Source: an uncultured Candidatus Saccharibacteria bacterium (lineage in GTDB: Bacteria; Patescibacteriota; Minisyncoccia; Phycocordibacterales; Phycocordibacteraceae). From it: a stretch of 64,000 bases of DNA. Each line of letters opens with the position of its first letter. Position 1 is the first letter of the stretch. The stretch spans positions 199,465 through 263,464 of the forward strand of contig CAYUQB010000001.1 of assembly GCA_964446735.1 (NCBI GenBank), in the 5' to 3' direction. The translations under genes were made by a program, and so were the position numbers. The notes beneath the pieces were generated by a model. The model did no database searches. It saw only the letters and a list, made by a program, of their open reading frames with translations, and was not told where the DNA came from. This document shows positions 36,828 to 47,236 of the stretch, piece by piece.

Positions 36828-37394
36828 ATGCAGGACGACCTGGTACTTCGAGTAACGTTCGCGGTGTCGGTGGCGACTGTGTGGGTGGCTCAGAGCCTAA
36901 TTCGGAGCGCCTACACCACCACGCACCGAGTCGAGCGCAGTGTAAAAGATCGCACGACGTTCGTGCTCCTGGTGTGGGTCGCGAGCATTAGTGCGTACGC
37001 GATCGGATTCAACGGATACGGCGTTCCACTCCCCCTCTGGGTGCGGTGGATCGGCATCGGCGCGATGCTTGCGTGCATCCCGCTATCCCTGTGGATCCAC
37101 CACGCACTCGGCGTGTTCTTTTCGCCGAAACTGCAGGTCGTCGCCGGACATGAGCTGGTGCAAACCGGTCCGTACCGACTGGTTCGTCATCCCATGTACG
37201 CGACGCTCTTCATCTGCATGCTCGGCACAAGCCTGGCATCTGCAGACCTCGTCATCGGGGGTGCTTCCCTCGCTGGCATCATCGCGATGCTCGTCAGGCT
37301 TCAGAAGGAGGAGCGGATGCTCGAGAATACGTTCGGTGAAGCATACCGGACGTATCAGAGGACGACGGGTGCAATCATCCCGCGCTTGGGGTAA
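36828..37394 (+). CDS. Isoprenylcysteine carboxyl methyltransferase / PEMT-family membrane methyltransferase
   Basis: GGGAGG SD 6 nt upstream of ATG. The ICMT signature GPYRLVRHPMY...EERMLENTFGEAYRTY is present. Confidence 0.65.
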   Translation: MQDDLVLRVTFAVSVATVWVAQSLIRSAYTTTHRVERSVKDRTTFVLLVWVASISAYAIGFNGYGVPLPLWVRWIGIGAMLACIPLSLWIHHALGVFFSPKLQVVAGHELVQTGPYRLVRHPMYATLFICMLGTSLASADLVIGGASLAGIIAMLVRLQKEERMLENTFGEAYRTYQRTTGAIIPRLG

Positions 37395-37450
37395 GGACTA
37401 TTGGGGTCCTGCCACGCGCGGGATTCCCTTTTGTCCAAGTACAATGAGAC

Positions 37451-38129
37451 TATGGAACCCTGGCTGCACATCACCTTTTTGATGCTGGTCTGCACTGCGA
37501 CGTTCGGGTTTTTCTTCATGGGGATGCACCGCAGAGGAGTGACCTATGGACGGCACTTTCTGTGGACCACTGCGTATTTCTTTTCGGTGGCCCTTTTCGT
37601 GGCGATACTCTACCGGGAACGACTCGGTACTCTGCTACAGGGAGATTTTCTTATACCCCTTAGTGTATTTATAGGAGGAATGACGGTACTGGGCGCACTA
37701 CACGTACTTACGCCACGGATTCTTGCACGACCTACTTCGTATCTGGCGCAGTACCCTGATCGGTACTATCTCGATATCGACTGGAAACGTTTTGTCTCTA
37801 AATCGATGGATATCCTTGCGCAGCAAGTGATTATTATTTTGCTCGTTCTGTTGCTTAGCGAATCTGGGCGATCCATGGGAGAGGTGATCCCCGTATTTAT
37901 GCTCCTCTTCTTCCTTTTGCACATTCCACTAATCGTGAGTGAGCGCGGGACGTGGCCTTCAGTACTTTTTGCTGCCATCGTATTCGTCTTTTCCATTACC
38001 TTCCCGGTATTGATACTCATGGTGCCGTATGGATTTGTATACACCTATCTCCTCCATTGGACGTTCTATATCGTTACCGCACTATCATTCTGGATATGGT
38101 ATGCGAGTCATACGCGCTCATACAGATAA
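37451..38129 (+). CDS. Hypothetical polytopic membrane protein
   Basis: About 226 aa with at least six TM helices and no catalytic motif recognised. Confidence 0.45.
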
Positions 38130-38200
38130 AGAAAAGTCGTCCAGTGTGCCGCAATGGCTCCTGGACGACTTCTCACTCGTCATTGGTCGGCTTATACGTG

Positions 38201-38725
38201 CTAGGCGATGCCGAGTTCCGGATGCCTCAGGTGTGCGGCCTCCTCATGCATGACCTCGAACTCCTCGACCTTGACGTCGTAGAGCGAGCCCAGGAGTGAG
38301 AAGACGGCGCGCATGCGGCGATTGCCATCGCCTCCGCCTCCACTGAAGTCGGTACAGTCACCACACAAGTAGACGCTGGAGGCGGCCCAGGCTTCGAAGT
38401 AGCAGTAGTGCTCCCGACGGCGATCGGGGTTGTGTTGGACGTTGAAGATGCGCAGACGCTTGAGGCATTCCTTGCTCGGGTCGGCTGTGAGTGCCCACCG
38501 CAGATGTGCGATCATCGCATCAACTGATTGAGCGGTGCTGTGCGTCAGAAACGCACAGTTGTCCCCGAAACGACTGTCGGATAGATCGAGACCGAAGGGG
38601 TGGGCCCTCATCGGCCTACGTTCTCCAATGAATCCGACAACATCGTTGTGCGTGCCGTTCTTCGAGTTCATGAGTTCGAAGAGGCCCGAAACCTGGTCGG
38701 TTTCAACAAACGTAAGGCTTCGCAT
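38201..38725 (-). CDS. Hypothetical protein
   Basis: 174 aa and soluble. It contains HYCYFEAWAASSVYLCGDCTDF. No family recognised. Confidence 0.4.
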   Translation of the reverse strand: MRSLTFVETDQVSGLFELMNSKNGTHNDVVGFIGERRPMRAHPFGLDLSDSRFGDNCAFLTHSTAQSVDAMIAHLRWALTADPSKECLKRLRIFNVQHNPDRRREHYCYFEAWAASSVYLCGDCTDFSGGGGDGNRRMRAVFSLLGSLYDVKVEEFEVMHEEAAHLRHPELGIA

Positions 38726-38804
38726 GTGATGCTCCCGTGCGAGTGAGATGGATGGTTCGAAAACCTGAGATTACAATAACACTATAGTATACAAAAGTCA
38801 ATTG

Positions 38805-38876
38805 TGACCCCACGGGGAATCGAACCCCGATTTCCTGCGTGAAAGGCGGGCGTCCTAACCGTTAGACGATGGGGCC
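38805..38876 (-). tRNA. tRNA-Glu (TTC)
   Basis: The reverse complement reads ggccccatcgtctaacggttaggacgcccgcctTTCacgcaggaaatcggggttcgattccccgtggggtca. It resembles bacterial tRNA-Glu. The anticodon stem has one C·A mismatch. Confidence 0.7.
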
Positions 38877-38925
38877 TTTCCATAGCCCATAGGGGCTATG
38901 ACGGTACACGATATCATTTGACGCC

Positions 38926-39546
38926 CTAGAATCCCAGTGCTTCGCGCGAGATCGCTCCTTCGCGTAAGACATACGGGATACCCTCTTTGAACATGACGAC
39001 GGTGGAGCCTATTTCACCTGCGCGTTCACCTGCGTCAATAACAAGATCAATATGTTCTACTTGCGGACCGAACTGTTCGATGATGAGCTCTGGAGTTGCG
39101 GGAGTAAGGAGTCCTGCCCGATTCGCAGATGTTGCGGTAATCGGGCGACCAAAGGTTTTGGCAAGACCACGCGCAAATGAATCATTGGGTACTCGAATCC
39201 CGATCTGACCGTTCAGCATCAACTCTTCTGGGATATGTGACTTACCGGTAAGCACCAGAGTAAGCGCACCTGGTAGGTGTGATTCAACCAGCGTACGCGC
39301 TTCCGGATGGAGTTCGGCATGCGTTTCGATATCCGATACGTCGGGTACCACAATAGAGATTGGTTTCTTACGTTCTCTTCCCTTCAACCCACGTAGGCGT
39401 TCAAGCGCAAGACGGTTTTGTGCGTCTACTGCCAGTCCATAGAGTGTGTCGGTGGGATACAGCACGATGCCGCCACGCGAAAGAATCTCGACGGAGCGTT
39501 TGAGTGCTCCGTCCTGATTTTTGTCGGTGAGGCGGATGATTTCCAT
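38926..39546 (-). CDS. tsaC: L-threonylcarbamoyladenylate synthase (YrdC/Sua5 family)
   Basis: The YrdC-domain motif is GGIVLYPTDTLYGLAVDA, followed by SAN(R)AG. Confidence 0.8.
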   Translation of the reverse strand: MEIIRLTDKNQDGALKRSVEILSRGGIVLYPTDTLYGLAVDAQNRLALERLRGLKGRERKKPISIVVPDVSDIETHAELHPEARTLVESHLPGALTLVLTGKSHIPEELMLNGQIGIRVPNDSFARGLAKTFGRPITATSANRAGLLTPATPELIIEQFGPQVEHIDLVIDAGERAGEIGSTVVMFKEGIPYVLREGAISREALGF

Positions 39547-39587
39547 ATATTGAATACTAGAGCAAGTCGAGGTATTGTGCGACGTAC

Positions 39588-39660
39588 GGACGATTAGCTC
39601 AGTTGGTAGAGCATTCCCTTGACGTGGGAAGGGTCAGAGGTTCGAGTCCTCTATCGTCCA
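39588..39660 (+). tRNA. tRNA-Val (GAC)
   Basis: ggacgattagctcagttggtagagcattcccttGACgtgggaagggtcagaggttcgagtcctctatcgtcca. Confidence 0.8.
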
Positions 39661-39895
39661 CTCGGTGCATAACTCCATTCAGGGAGTACAGAGGTGATAG
39701 CCTAAATCATCAGGAAGGAGTATGCGAGATGTCTTGGCACATCCCGGCTATTGGCGGATGTTTGGTTGTGGTTGCCCTTCTGCTTGGCTACCACAAGCTC
39801 TTCCCGCCAACGCGGCGATAACCCGTGCTTGCGCCGTCCTCTGGACGGCGTTCGCATTACTCGCACTCCGCTACTGGATGCGCTATAACGAACAC

Positions 39896-40762
39896 ATGGA
39901 TCGCACCATTATTCTGTATCACGCCAATTGCGCCGACGGCTTCAGCGGTGCATACGCTGCGTGGAAGAAGTTTGGAGACACCGCTGAATATATTGGGCTC
40001 TCTCATGGTAAGACGGCTCCAGAGAATCTTGCTGGTGCAACACTCTACTTCGTCGATTTCTGCTACCCGCAGCCCATCATGGATGAACTTGTTGCGGCTG
40101 CAAAACACGTAGTCGTCCTCGATCATCACCTTGGCATGAAGGAAGTGGTCGAGCGTATGCCCGAGTATGTATTCGATGAGAACCGTTCAGGCGCTACGAT
40201 CGCATGGACCTACTTCCACCCGAAGACTCCGATACCAACGTTCCTCACATATGTGGAGGATGACGATCTCTTCCGCTTCGCATTGCCTGAGACAAAAGCG
40301 GTGCTCGCATACATCTCAGTCCTCCCCTTTTCGTTTGAGACATGGGACACCTATGTAGCAACACTCGAGAACGAGACGGAACGTGAAGTATTTCTTTCAT
40401 CAGCTCGCTCGTATCGAGAATACTTCGATCTGTTGGCGGAACATGCGGTACGCCGCGCCAAGCTCGTTATGTTTGAGGGACATGAATGTCTTTTCGCGAA
40501 CGCGCATCCCTTCATGCCGATGCAATCGACGGTCGGCAACCTACTCGTCCAGCAGCTTCCACCTATAGGTATCGTCGCCAGTGCACATCCAGAGGGCATG
40601 GGCGTTTCTCTGCGAAGCGATGGGAGCATAGACGTTGCAGAGATTGCCCGAAAATATGGAGGAAACGGTCACCCACGCGCGGCAGGATTCCAACTTACCT
40701 GGGGAGCGTCACTTCCGTGGAGTATCGTTGAAAAAGATGAAACTGCTGGCAATAGAAACTAG
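39896..40762 (+). CDS. DHH/DHHA1 phosphoesterase (nanoRNase NrnA-like)
   Basis: The DHH motif is VVVLDHH and the DHHA1 motif is GGNGHPRAAG. The start was chosen at MDRTIILYHANCADG. Upstream in-frame codons are also possible. Confidence 0.7.
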   Translation: MDRTIILYHANCADGFSGAYAAWKKFGDTAEYIGLSHGKTAPENLAGATLYFVDFCYPQPIMDELVAAAKHVVVLDHHLGMKEVVERMPEYVFDENRSGATIAWTYFHPKTPIPTFLTYVEDDDLFRFALPETKAVLAYISVLPFSFETWDTYVATLENETEREVFLSSARSYREYFDLLAEHAVRRAKLVMFEGHECLFANAHPFMPMQSTVGNLLVQQLPPIGIVASAHPEGMGVSLRSDGSIDVAEIARKYGGNGHPRAAGFQLTWGASLPWSIVEKDETAGNRN

Positions 40763-41906
40763 CTGCGACGAAACAGCAATCGCCATCATTGAGGGTAGTG
40801 GTGATGAAAGAAATGCACACTTTAAAATACTGGGGAACGCCCTTCTCTCACAGATAGATATTCATCGAGAATACGGCGGGGTGTTTCCGGCACTCGCTAA
40901 ACGGGAACACGCTAGGAATCTGGTTCCGCTACTTGAGGCCGCACTGGCAGAAGCAGAACTCCTCCATGAGAGTACCCAGTCATTTCCAGAAGAACTTCGT
41001 ACGCGCATACGTACACTGCTTGAACGCGAGCCAGAGCTTGATGCAGCATTCTTTGCTGCGCTTTCTGAGATGGAACGGCCAGAACTGGATGCAATTGCAG
41101 TCACCGCAGGCCCCGGACTTGAACCGGCACTCTGGGTAGGTATCAATTTCGCCAAAGCGCTTTCATTGGTTTGGAATATTCCGGTTGTGTCGGTTAATCA
41201 CATGGAAGGTCATACCCTTTCTGCTCTCGCACGCAGCGAGGGAGACGAGCTGGTTATAGAAGGATACGAGCTTCCCATACTCGCGCTCCTTATATCAGGC
41301 GGGCACACGGAGCTGGTTCTTATGAAAGAGTGGCTCTCCTATGAGCTCATCGGACAAACGCGTGATGACGCCGTAGGTGAAGCGTTTGATAAAGTTGCGC
41401 GCATGCTGGATCTCCCCTATCCGGGTGGTCCTGAAATATCGAAGCTCGCTGAACGTGATCGGGAGGATTCCGCAACCAATCCCTTTTCACTTCCACGGCC
41501 GATGATTGCTGACGCAACCTGCGACTTTTCGTTCAGTGGCCTCAAGACCGCGGTCCTCTACCTACTAAAGGAACGAAAGAACCTCTCCGAAGCTGAGAAA
41601 GAACAGTTGGCGCGAGAATTTGAGGATGCCGTTACGGACGTACTTTGGGCGAAGACGTCACGTGCCCTCGAGCGCACCGGAGCCCGCACCCTCGTGCTTG
41701 GCGGTGGAGTTTCCGCAAACACTCACATCAAGCGGGTGTTCAATGAGAAGATCCAGGATCATCCGGTAGCACTTCGTATTCCGGAGGGAGAACTCACGAC
41801 TGATAACGCAGTGATGATTGGAATTGCCGGTTATTACCGCGCACTTCGAAAGGAATTCGCTGACCTGGAATCGCTTCGGGCAGACGGAAACCGTACACTC
41901 GCATAA
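40737..41906 (+). CDS. tsaD: tRNA N6-adenosine threonylcarbamoyltransferase
   Basis: MKLLAIETSCDETAIAI and the metal-binding HMEGH are present, followed by the Kae1/TsaD fold. It overlaps the DHH gene's end by 26 nt. Confidence 0.9.
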   Translation: MKLLAIETSCDETAIAIIEGSGDERNAHFKILGNALLSQIDIHREYGGVFPALAKREHARNLVPLLEAALAEAELLHESTQSFPEELRTRIRTLLEREPELDAAFFAALSEMERPELDAIAVTAGPGLEPALWVGINFAKALSLVWNIPVVSVNHMEGHTLSALARSEGDELVIEGYELPILALLISGGHTELVLMKEWLSYELIGQTRDDAVGEAFDKVARMLDLPYPGGPEISKLAERDREDSATNPFSLPRPMIADATCDFSFSGLKTAVLYLLKERKNLSEAEKEQLAREFEDAVTDVLWAKTSRALERTGARTLVLGGGVSANTHIKRVFNEKIQDHPVALRIPEGELTTDNAVMIGIAGYYRALRKEFADLESLRADGNRTLA

Positions 41907-41945
41907 CAAGGATCCGCGCCGGAGCGCGGATCAGGTCGAATGAAC

Positions 41946-42458
41946 TTATTCAGACTGTACGAGGAACACACGGTCCCTTTTCTTGAGTACGTTCTCGCGT
42001 CCTGCCAGATCGGCCGCGTGCCATTCTTTCTCCGGTGGATCGATGCTGTGCTGCAGGACGATGCTGTATCCATGAAATGGAAACAGGTTCCTTCGCTTGG
42101 CTGCGAGCAGCGGTCGTCTGTCGTAGAACCGCTTACGCCGTTCAATGAGTTCTAGAATGCGCGGCAAATGAATGTCTTCCATGCATTCGATGCGCTTCGG
42201 GTATCGATCGTGACGTACTCGATCGATAAGCTCTTCGGGTGTCATCATGTTTACCATGTCCACCGCGAGGAGCGACACTGGCGGAATCGCGAGGTACGCA
42301 AGTCGCCGTGTGAATAGCATTAGCTGCAGACTGTCCTCGATCGCAAGATCCTCGCGCGTGACGAATAGCTCATAGGGCGTCGTAGCCGGGAGTCGCGGGA
42401 GGGTGACTTCCGGCCCCGCGAGGTAGAGAGCGGCACTGCCAGAGGTCTGAGTACCCAT
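41946..42458 (-). CDS. Hypothetical protein
   Basis: 170 aa with no recognisable motif. Confidence 0.35.
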   Translation of the reverse strand: MGTQTSGSAALYLAGPEVTLPRLPATTPYELFVTREDLAIEDSLQLMLFTRRLAYLAIPPVSLLAVDMVNMMTPEELIDRVRHDRYPKRIECMEDIHLPRILELIERRKRFYDRRPLLAAKRRNLFPFHGYSIVLQHSIDPPEKEWHAADLAGRENVLKKRDRVFLVQSE

Positions 42459-42572
42459 TGCATTTCCCTTCGCACTAAAAACTTGAACGGTGGCCTATTA
42501 TGCCACACTCGCATGAAGAATCTGGAAACCGGGCAAGCAACTACAACACATTTCTGCTATAGTGCCTGAATA

Positions 42573-44744
42573 ATGAACGATAAGTTCAAGCAGCCCTATG
42601 ACTTCGCGGCTACCGAGCCGCGTATTTATGAAGCCTGGGAACAGAGCGGGTATTTCAACCCGGATAACCTCCCTGGGGACCGACCTGAATCATTCACAGT
42701 TACCCTTCCTCCGCCGAATGTAACGGGTGTGCTCCACCTCGGGCACGCATACGAAGACTCGCTCCAGGACACGGTGGTCCGCTACCAACGTATGCGCGGA
42801 AAGAAAACCCTTTGGGTTCCTGGGACGGACTCTGCAGCAATTGCGACCCAGTCACGAGTCGAGAAGAACATTCAGAGAGATGAGGGAAAGAGCCGTCACG
42901 ACTTGGGACGCGATGAACTCGTGGCTCGGGTGAAGGAATTCGCTCGGGCAAGCGAGAGCACGATTCTCTCGCAAGTACGACGTATGGGAGCCTCACTTGA
43001 CTGGTCACGCTACGCATACACGCTCGATGAGGAGCGCACGAATGCCGTGAAGACCGCATTCATTCGTATGTATGAAGCTGGTCTTATTTATCGAGGCAAT
43101 CGTATCGTGAACTGGGATCCAAAGGGACAAACAACCATTTCGGATGATGAAATTGTGCACGAGGAGCGGCAGGCGAAACTCTATACCTTCCGCTACAGCA
43201 AAGACTTCCCCATCTCCGTTGCCACCACGCGTCTTGAGACAAAAGTTGGTGACGTTGCCGTTGCCGTGCATCCTGACGATCCTCGCTACAAGGAATTCAT
43301 CGGCAAAGAATACGATGCGGTGTTCGTAGATGTACCCATCCACATACAAGTGGTCGCTGATAAAGAAGTGGATCCCGAGTTCGGTACAGGAGCACTCGGG
43401 GTAACACCCGCGCATAGCATGATCGACTGGGAGATTGCCGAGCGACACAACCTCCCGAAAGATAAAATCGTAATCAACACCTACGCAAAGATGAGCGTCG
43501 AGGGCTCGCTCGCAGGTCTGAAAGCAACAGATGCCCGCGAAGCCGTAGCCGCGTGGCTCCGTTCCGAGGGTCTTATGGAGAAGGAGGAAGATATCTCACA
43601 AAATGTTGCGACTGCAGAGCGTACGGGAGGCATTATTGAGCCGTTGCCTCTGCTCCAGTGGTTCGTTGCGGTAGAAAAACCATTTGTTCTTCCTCACTCT
43701 GAAATAACGGGTATTGAGTCTGGCGCAACAGTCACTCTGAAACACATCATGCGTGCTGCAGTTGAACGTGGCGATGTCTCTATGCCCCAGGAGAATTTCC
43801 GTAAGACCTATATGCACTGGATTGAGAACCTCCATGATTGGTGTATCAGCCGCCAGATCTGGTTTGGTCATCGCATTCCAGTTTGGTACCGAGGGAACGA
43901 GATCCACTGCGGCGAGAGCGCTCCGGAAGGTGACGGATGGGAGCAGGACCCAGACGTACTTGATACATGGTTCTCTTCTGCACTCTGGACGTTCTCCACG
44001 CTTGGCTGGCCAAGAAAGTCAGAAGACCTCGCATCGTTCCATCCCACATCCTTCATGTCACCTGCGTATGAGATTCTCTCGCTCTGGGTCTCGCGCATGA
44101 TTCTTATGAGCGGCTTCCATCTTGGTCAGGTTCCCTTCCGCACCGTCATGATTCACGGTCTCGTGCGTGACAAGAAGGGACAGAAGTTTAGTAAGTCGCT
44201 TGGCAATGGAGCTGACCCACTCGAGATGATAGATAAGTACGGTACCGATGCGCTTCGTATGGGTCTGTTAGTCGGTACCGCTATTGGAAACGATATCCGC
44301 TTCGACGAGGACAAAGTGAAGGGCTATAAGCACTTTGCGAACAAGCTCTGGAACATTACGCGCTTCGTGCTCGAAAACACGGAAGGTGCAGATCCCCATG
44401 CAACGCTCACCGACGCAGACCAAGCGCTCAGAGCTGAGCTTGATGCATTGGCGAAAGACGTGACGACGGATCTCGATGCATACCGCATTTACCTTGCTGC
44501 GGAAAAGCTCTACCACTACGCATGGGATCGACTTGCGGCAGAAATTCTCGAGGAGTCAAAGTCGATCTTCCAAGGAGCGGATGCAGCTGCTATTGCTTCG
44601 CGCCACGCACTCCTCTTGTCTCTTCTTTCAGATACCGTAAAGCTCCTCCACCCATTCATGCCGTTTGTCACCGAAGAGATTTATCAGTCTCTTCCCACGA
44701 AATCGACTGACCTTCTTATGGTAGAGGCCTGGCCTGTTGCATAG
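42573..44744 (+). CDS. valS: Valine-tRNA ligase (short form without the C-terminal coiled-coil)
   Basis: PPPNVTGVLHLGHA carries the HIGH motif and KFSKSLGN is the KMSKS motif. An editing domain is also present. Confidence 0.9.
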   Translation: MNDKFKQPYDFAATEPRIYEAWEQSGYFNPDNLPGDRPESFTVTLPPPNVTGVLHLGHAYEDSLQDTVVRYQRMRGKKTLWVPGTDSAAIATQSRVEKNIQRDEGKSRHDLGRDELVARVKEFARASESTILSQVRRMGASLDWSRYAYTLDEERTNAVKTAFIRMYEAGLIYRGNRIVNWDPKGQTTISDDEIVHEERQAKLYTFRYSKDFPISVATTRLETKVGDVAVAVHPDDPRYKEFIGKEYDAVFVDVPIHIQVVADKEVDPEFGTGALGVTPAHSMIDWEIAERHNLPKDKIVINTYAKMSVEGSLAGLKATDAREAVAAWLRSEGLMEKEEDISQNVATAERTGGIIEPLPLLQWFVAVEKPFVLPHSEITGIESGATVTLKHIMRAAVERGDVSMPQENFRKTYMHWIENLHDWCISRQIWFGHRIPVWYRGNEIHCGESAPEGDGWEQDPDVLDTWFSSALWTFSTLGWPRKSEDLASFHPTSFMSPAYEILSLWVSRMILMSGFHLGQVPFRTVMIHGLVRDKKGQKFSKSLGNGADPLEMIDKYGTDALRMGLLVGTAIGNDIRFDEDKVKGYKHFANKLWNITRFVLENTEGADPHATLTDADQALRAELDALAKDVTTDLDAYRIYLAAEKLYHYAWDRLAAEILEESKSIFQGADAAAIASRHALLLSLLSDTVKLLHPFMPFVTEEIYQSLPTKSTDLLMVEAWPVA

Positions 44745-44752
44745 GCTAGAAT

Positions 44753-45484
44753 ATGCTTATGGATGTCTCCTTGAGCACGCTTGGGTATGCCTTCTTAGGC
44801 GGTATCCTTCCGGCACTCATCTGGCTCTATTTCCTCCTCAAGGAAGACACGCGGTGTCCTGAACCCCGGCACATGATCATCATTGCGCTGGTGGCAGGTA
44901 TGATCGGCGTTCCGTTGGTGCTTCCGCTTGAACACCTCGCGGTAACAACACTTCCTCATGTCGATCCTCCTCCAGGGGGGTACGTGATTCTTGCCTGGGC
45001 AGCTATCGAAGAGGCGACGAAGTATGTACTTGCCGTGATGCTGGTGCTCTGGCGACGGTGGGTGAACGAGTCAGTTGACCTGGTGATCTACATGATCACG
45101 GTCGCGCTCGGCTTTGCTGCCATTGAAAATATGCTTTTCCTTATCCAGCCACTTGCACAAGGTGAACTTGCCGCTGGTATCGCAACGCAGAATCTGCGCT
45201 TTGTAGGATCAACGCTCGTGCATGTGGTCTCTTCGGCAGCAATCGGATTTGCGATGGCGTTTTCACTCAAGTTTAATCGAAAGGTGCGTACCGTCGCTGC
45301 AGCGGTCGGACTTATCCTTGCCATCGCATTGCACGCCATTTTCAACTTCCTTATAATTTCACAAGACGGATCCAGCACGCTCTCCGCATTCTTTATCGTG
45401 TGGACCGGTGCCGTCGTATTCCTCGCCTTGTTTGAACTCCTGAAATACATCCGCTATCGCCGATTACCAAAAAATACTTGCTAG
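44753..45484 (+). CDS. PrsW-family intramembrane metalloprotease
   Basis: The EExxK-type motif is EEATKY. FAAIEN and HAIFN follow, across multiple TM helices. Confidence 0.65.
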   Translation: MLMDVSLSTLGYAFLGGILPALIWLYFLLKEDTRCPEPRHMIIIALVAGMIGVPLVLPLEHLAVTTLPHVDPPPGGYVILAWAAIEEATKYVLAVMLVLWRRWVNESVDLVIYMITVALGFAAIENMLFLIQPLAQGELAAGIATQNLRFVGSTLVHVVSSAAIGFAMAFSLKFNRKVRTVAAAVGLILAIALHAIFNFLIISQDGSSTLSAFFIVWTGAVVFLALFELLKYIRYRRLPKNTC

Positions 45485-45487
45485 CCT

Positions 45488-46003
45488 ATGCCCCCTAAGA
45501 AACGCTCATTCTTCGATCGACTCGCCGGCGCACTTCCTGCTGACGACTACGATGCATTTGAAGACGATGTGCCCATGACGCAGTCACCGGTTCGTCGCCC
45601 ATCGCCCGGTGCGACCCCGTCCTCTGTTCCCGCTCCGGCGACACCTGCGTACGAACATCATGAAGAAGAGCCTGCTGGCCAGCTTCCGGTGGATGTGTAC
45701 CAAACTCCTAACGAGATTGTCATCCGTGCCTTTATTGCCGGAGTACGTCCGGATGAAATGAATGTTTCCATCAGTCGCGATATGGTGGAAATCGAAGGAT
45801 CACGCGAGGAACGCGAACACATTGCAAGTCCCGACTACTTCAGTCAGGAACTCTTCTGGGGCTCATTTTCTCGCACCATTCTCCTTCCCCAGGAAATAGA
45901 CGTCGACACGGCAACCGCAGGAGCTAAAGACGGTCTTCTTACCATCGTGCTACCGAAACTTGATAAGACACGTCAGACGAAGCTTCGAGTGAAGGCTGGT
46001 TAA
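45488..46003 (+). CDS. Hsp20/α-crystallin family small heat-shock protein
   Basis: The ACD region is VDVYQTPNEIVIRAFIAGV...VSISRDMVEIEGSREE...GAKDGLLTIVLPK. Confidence 0.8.
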   Translation: MPPKKRSFFDRLAGALPADDYDAFEDDVPMTQSPVRRPSPGATPSSVPAPATPAYEHHEEEPAGQLPVDVYQTPNEIVIRAFIAGVRPDEMNVSISRDMVEIEGSREEREHIASPDYFSQELFWGSFSRTILLPQEIDVDTATAGAKDGLLTIVLPKLDKTRQTKLRVKAG

Positions 46004-46006
46004 AGA

Positions 46007-47092
46007 TTAACGAATCTCCTCAACGCGTGGGGGTGGGACCGCCACCGTCTCAACCGTGAAATAAATACGACCGATGACTTGCCGGTTCGCTGCTTGGATG
46101 GTGACCCGCCACTTCCCCGCTTCTGGATTACTTGCGAGCGAATATCCACGATACCCAGCATCACGTCCACCGGATATCGGAAATGCAATCCGGTTGTAGG
46201 TAACCCATCTCGTATTTCGCTCGTCATATCGCTCCCATATATGGGTGACTGAGGTCCCAAACTGAATCGGTGCGGATACGGAGCTGAATGCGTAGAGCGG
46301 TGCACCGGGGGTGTGGTGAATCACCTGCGGCCGGATATCCCACCACGGGCGCACGGGCTCTGATGTGAGGTGATACTGACCGTTTCGATGCTCAACTGAG
46401 TGATAGATACCGGCATGCGGAAGGGTGAGCGGAATGGGTGGAATGAGGCCGGTAAAGTAACAAATATTCATGGCAAGCACGATACCCGCCGTGCCCATTA
46501 CCACATACCGCAGACTGCGAGTGAATCCAGGGCGATGAATGCGCGCAAGGAGCAGCAAGAACAGTGCGAATGCGAATAGACTCACTACCGTCGAGGTGAG
46601 AAATACTACGGGCCCCAGTTCACCAAACACGAGCGGTACGGCAAAGATGGCATAGGCATAGAGGGCAAAAAAGAAGAGTGTTGCCTGAAATGCCAGATGC
46701 TTGTGATAGGTACGGAAGTATTCATTACCGATAAACACGAGGGCCAGGATGAGGAGGAACGGCCAGGACACGAGCACGGTCGAGCTTTTGGTATAGAAGA
46801 TGAGGCACCCGGAGAGAAGACTACCAATCGCATACTGCGCCCCAAGGGGAAACACGACCGCGAGCGTGCGGCGCCACATGACCACATGAGTGCGCGCACC
46901 CGAGAAATAATGACTTCCGAGTGTGAAGGCACCCGCAAGGAAGAGGTAGCCGAGGAATGCAATATTTACCACCGCTACCGGCAGGAGCGTGAATGCGAAC
47001 AGATCCGTAACGAATCCGAATACGAAGACGACTGCACCCAGGTGCCGCTCGTTACGCTCTGCCCACTTGAGGAGGCGTGTAAGGGAGTTCAT
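46007..47092 (-). CDS. Hypothetical membrane protein (N-terminal poly-TM region and a C-terminal soluble domain)
   Basis: The start was set to MNSLTRLLKW because the track ORF 47155 overlaps tRNA-Phe. The ATG lies 5 nt from the tRNA 3' end. Confidence 0.5.
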   Translation of the reverse strand: MNSLTRLLKWAERNERHLGAVVFVFGFVTDLFAFTLLPVAVVNIAFLGYLFLAGAFTLGSHYFSGARTHVVMWRRTLAVVFPLGAQYAIGSLLSGCLIFYTKSSTVLVSWPFLLILALVFIGNEYFRTYHKHLAFQATLFFFALYAYAIFAVPLVFGELGPVVFLTSTVVSLFAFALFLLLLARIHRPGFTRSLRYVVMGTAGIVLAMNICYFTGLIPPIPLTLPHAGIYHSVEHRNGQYHLTSEPVRPWWDIRPQVIHHTPGAPLYAFSSVSAPIQFGTSVTHIWERYDERNTRWVTYNRIAFPISGGRDAGYRGYSLASNPEAGKWRVTIQAANRQVIGRIYFTVETVAVPPPRVEEIR

Positions 47093-47097
47093 GCGGG

Positions 47098-47170
47098 TGC
47101 TTGGGCCCGGGCTCGAACCGGGGACATCTTCCTCTTCAGGGAAGCGCTCTACCAACTGAGCTACCCAAGC
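47098..47170 (-). tRNA. tRNA-Phe (GAA)
   Basis: The reverse complement reads gcttgggtagctcagttggtagagcgcttccctGAAgaggaagatgtccccggttcgagcccgggcccaagca. Confidence 0.8.
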
Positions 47171-47185
47171 GTTTCGGCATAATAG

Positions 47186-47224
47186 CGCAAAATCCCGCCT
47201 CTTTCAAAGCGGGATTTTGCCTTT
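47186..47224. terminator. Bidirectional rho-independent terminator
   Basis: caaaatcccgc-ctctttcaaa-gcgggattttg. Confidence 0.55.
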
Positions 47225-47236
47225 TAAACCTAAGCA

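Noticed and set aside
42459-42572. T-box leader upstream of valS
   Set aside because: The intergenic region is only about 115 nt and lacks the T-box consensus (AATTAGGGTGGNACCGCG) or a specifier-loop architecture.
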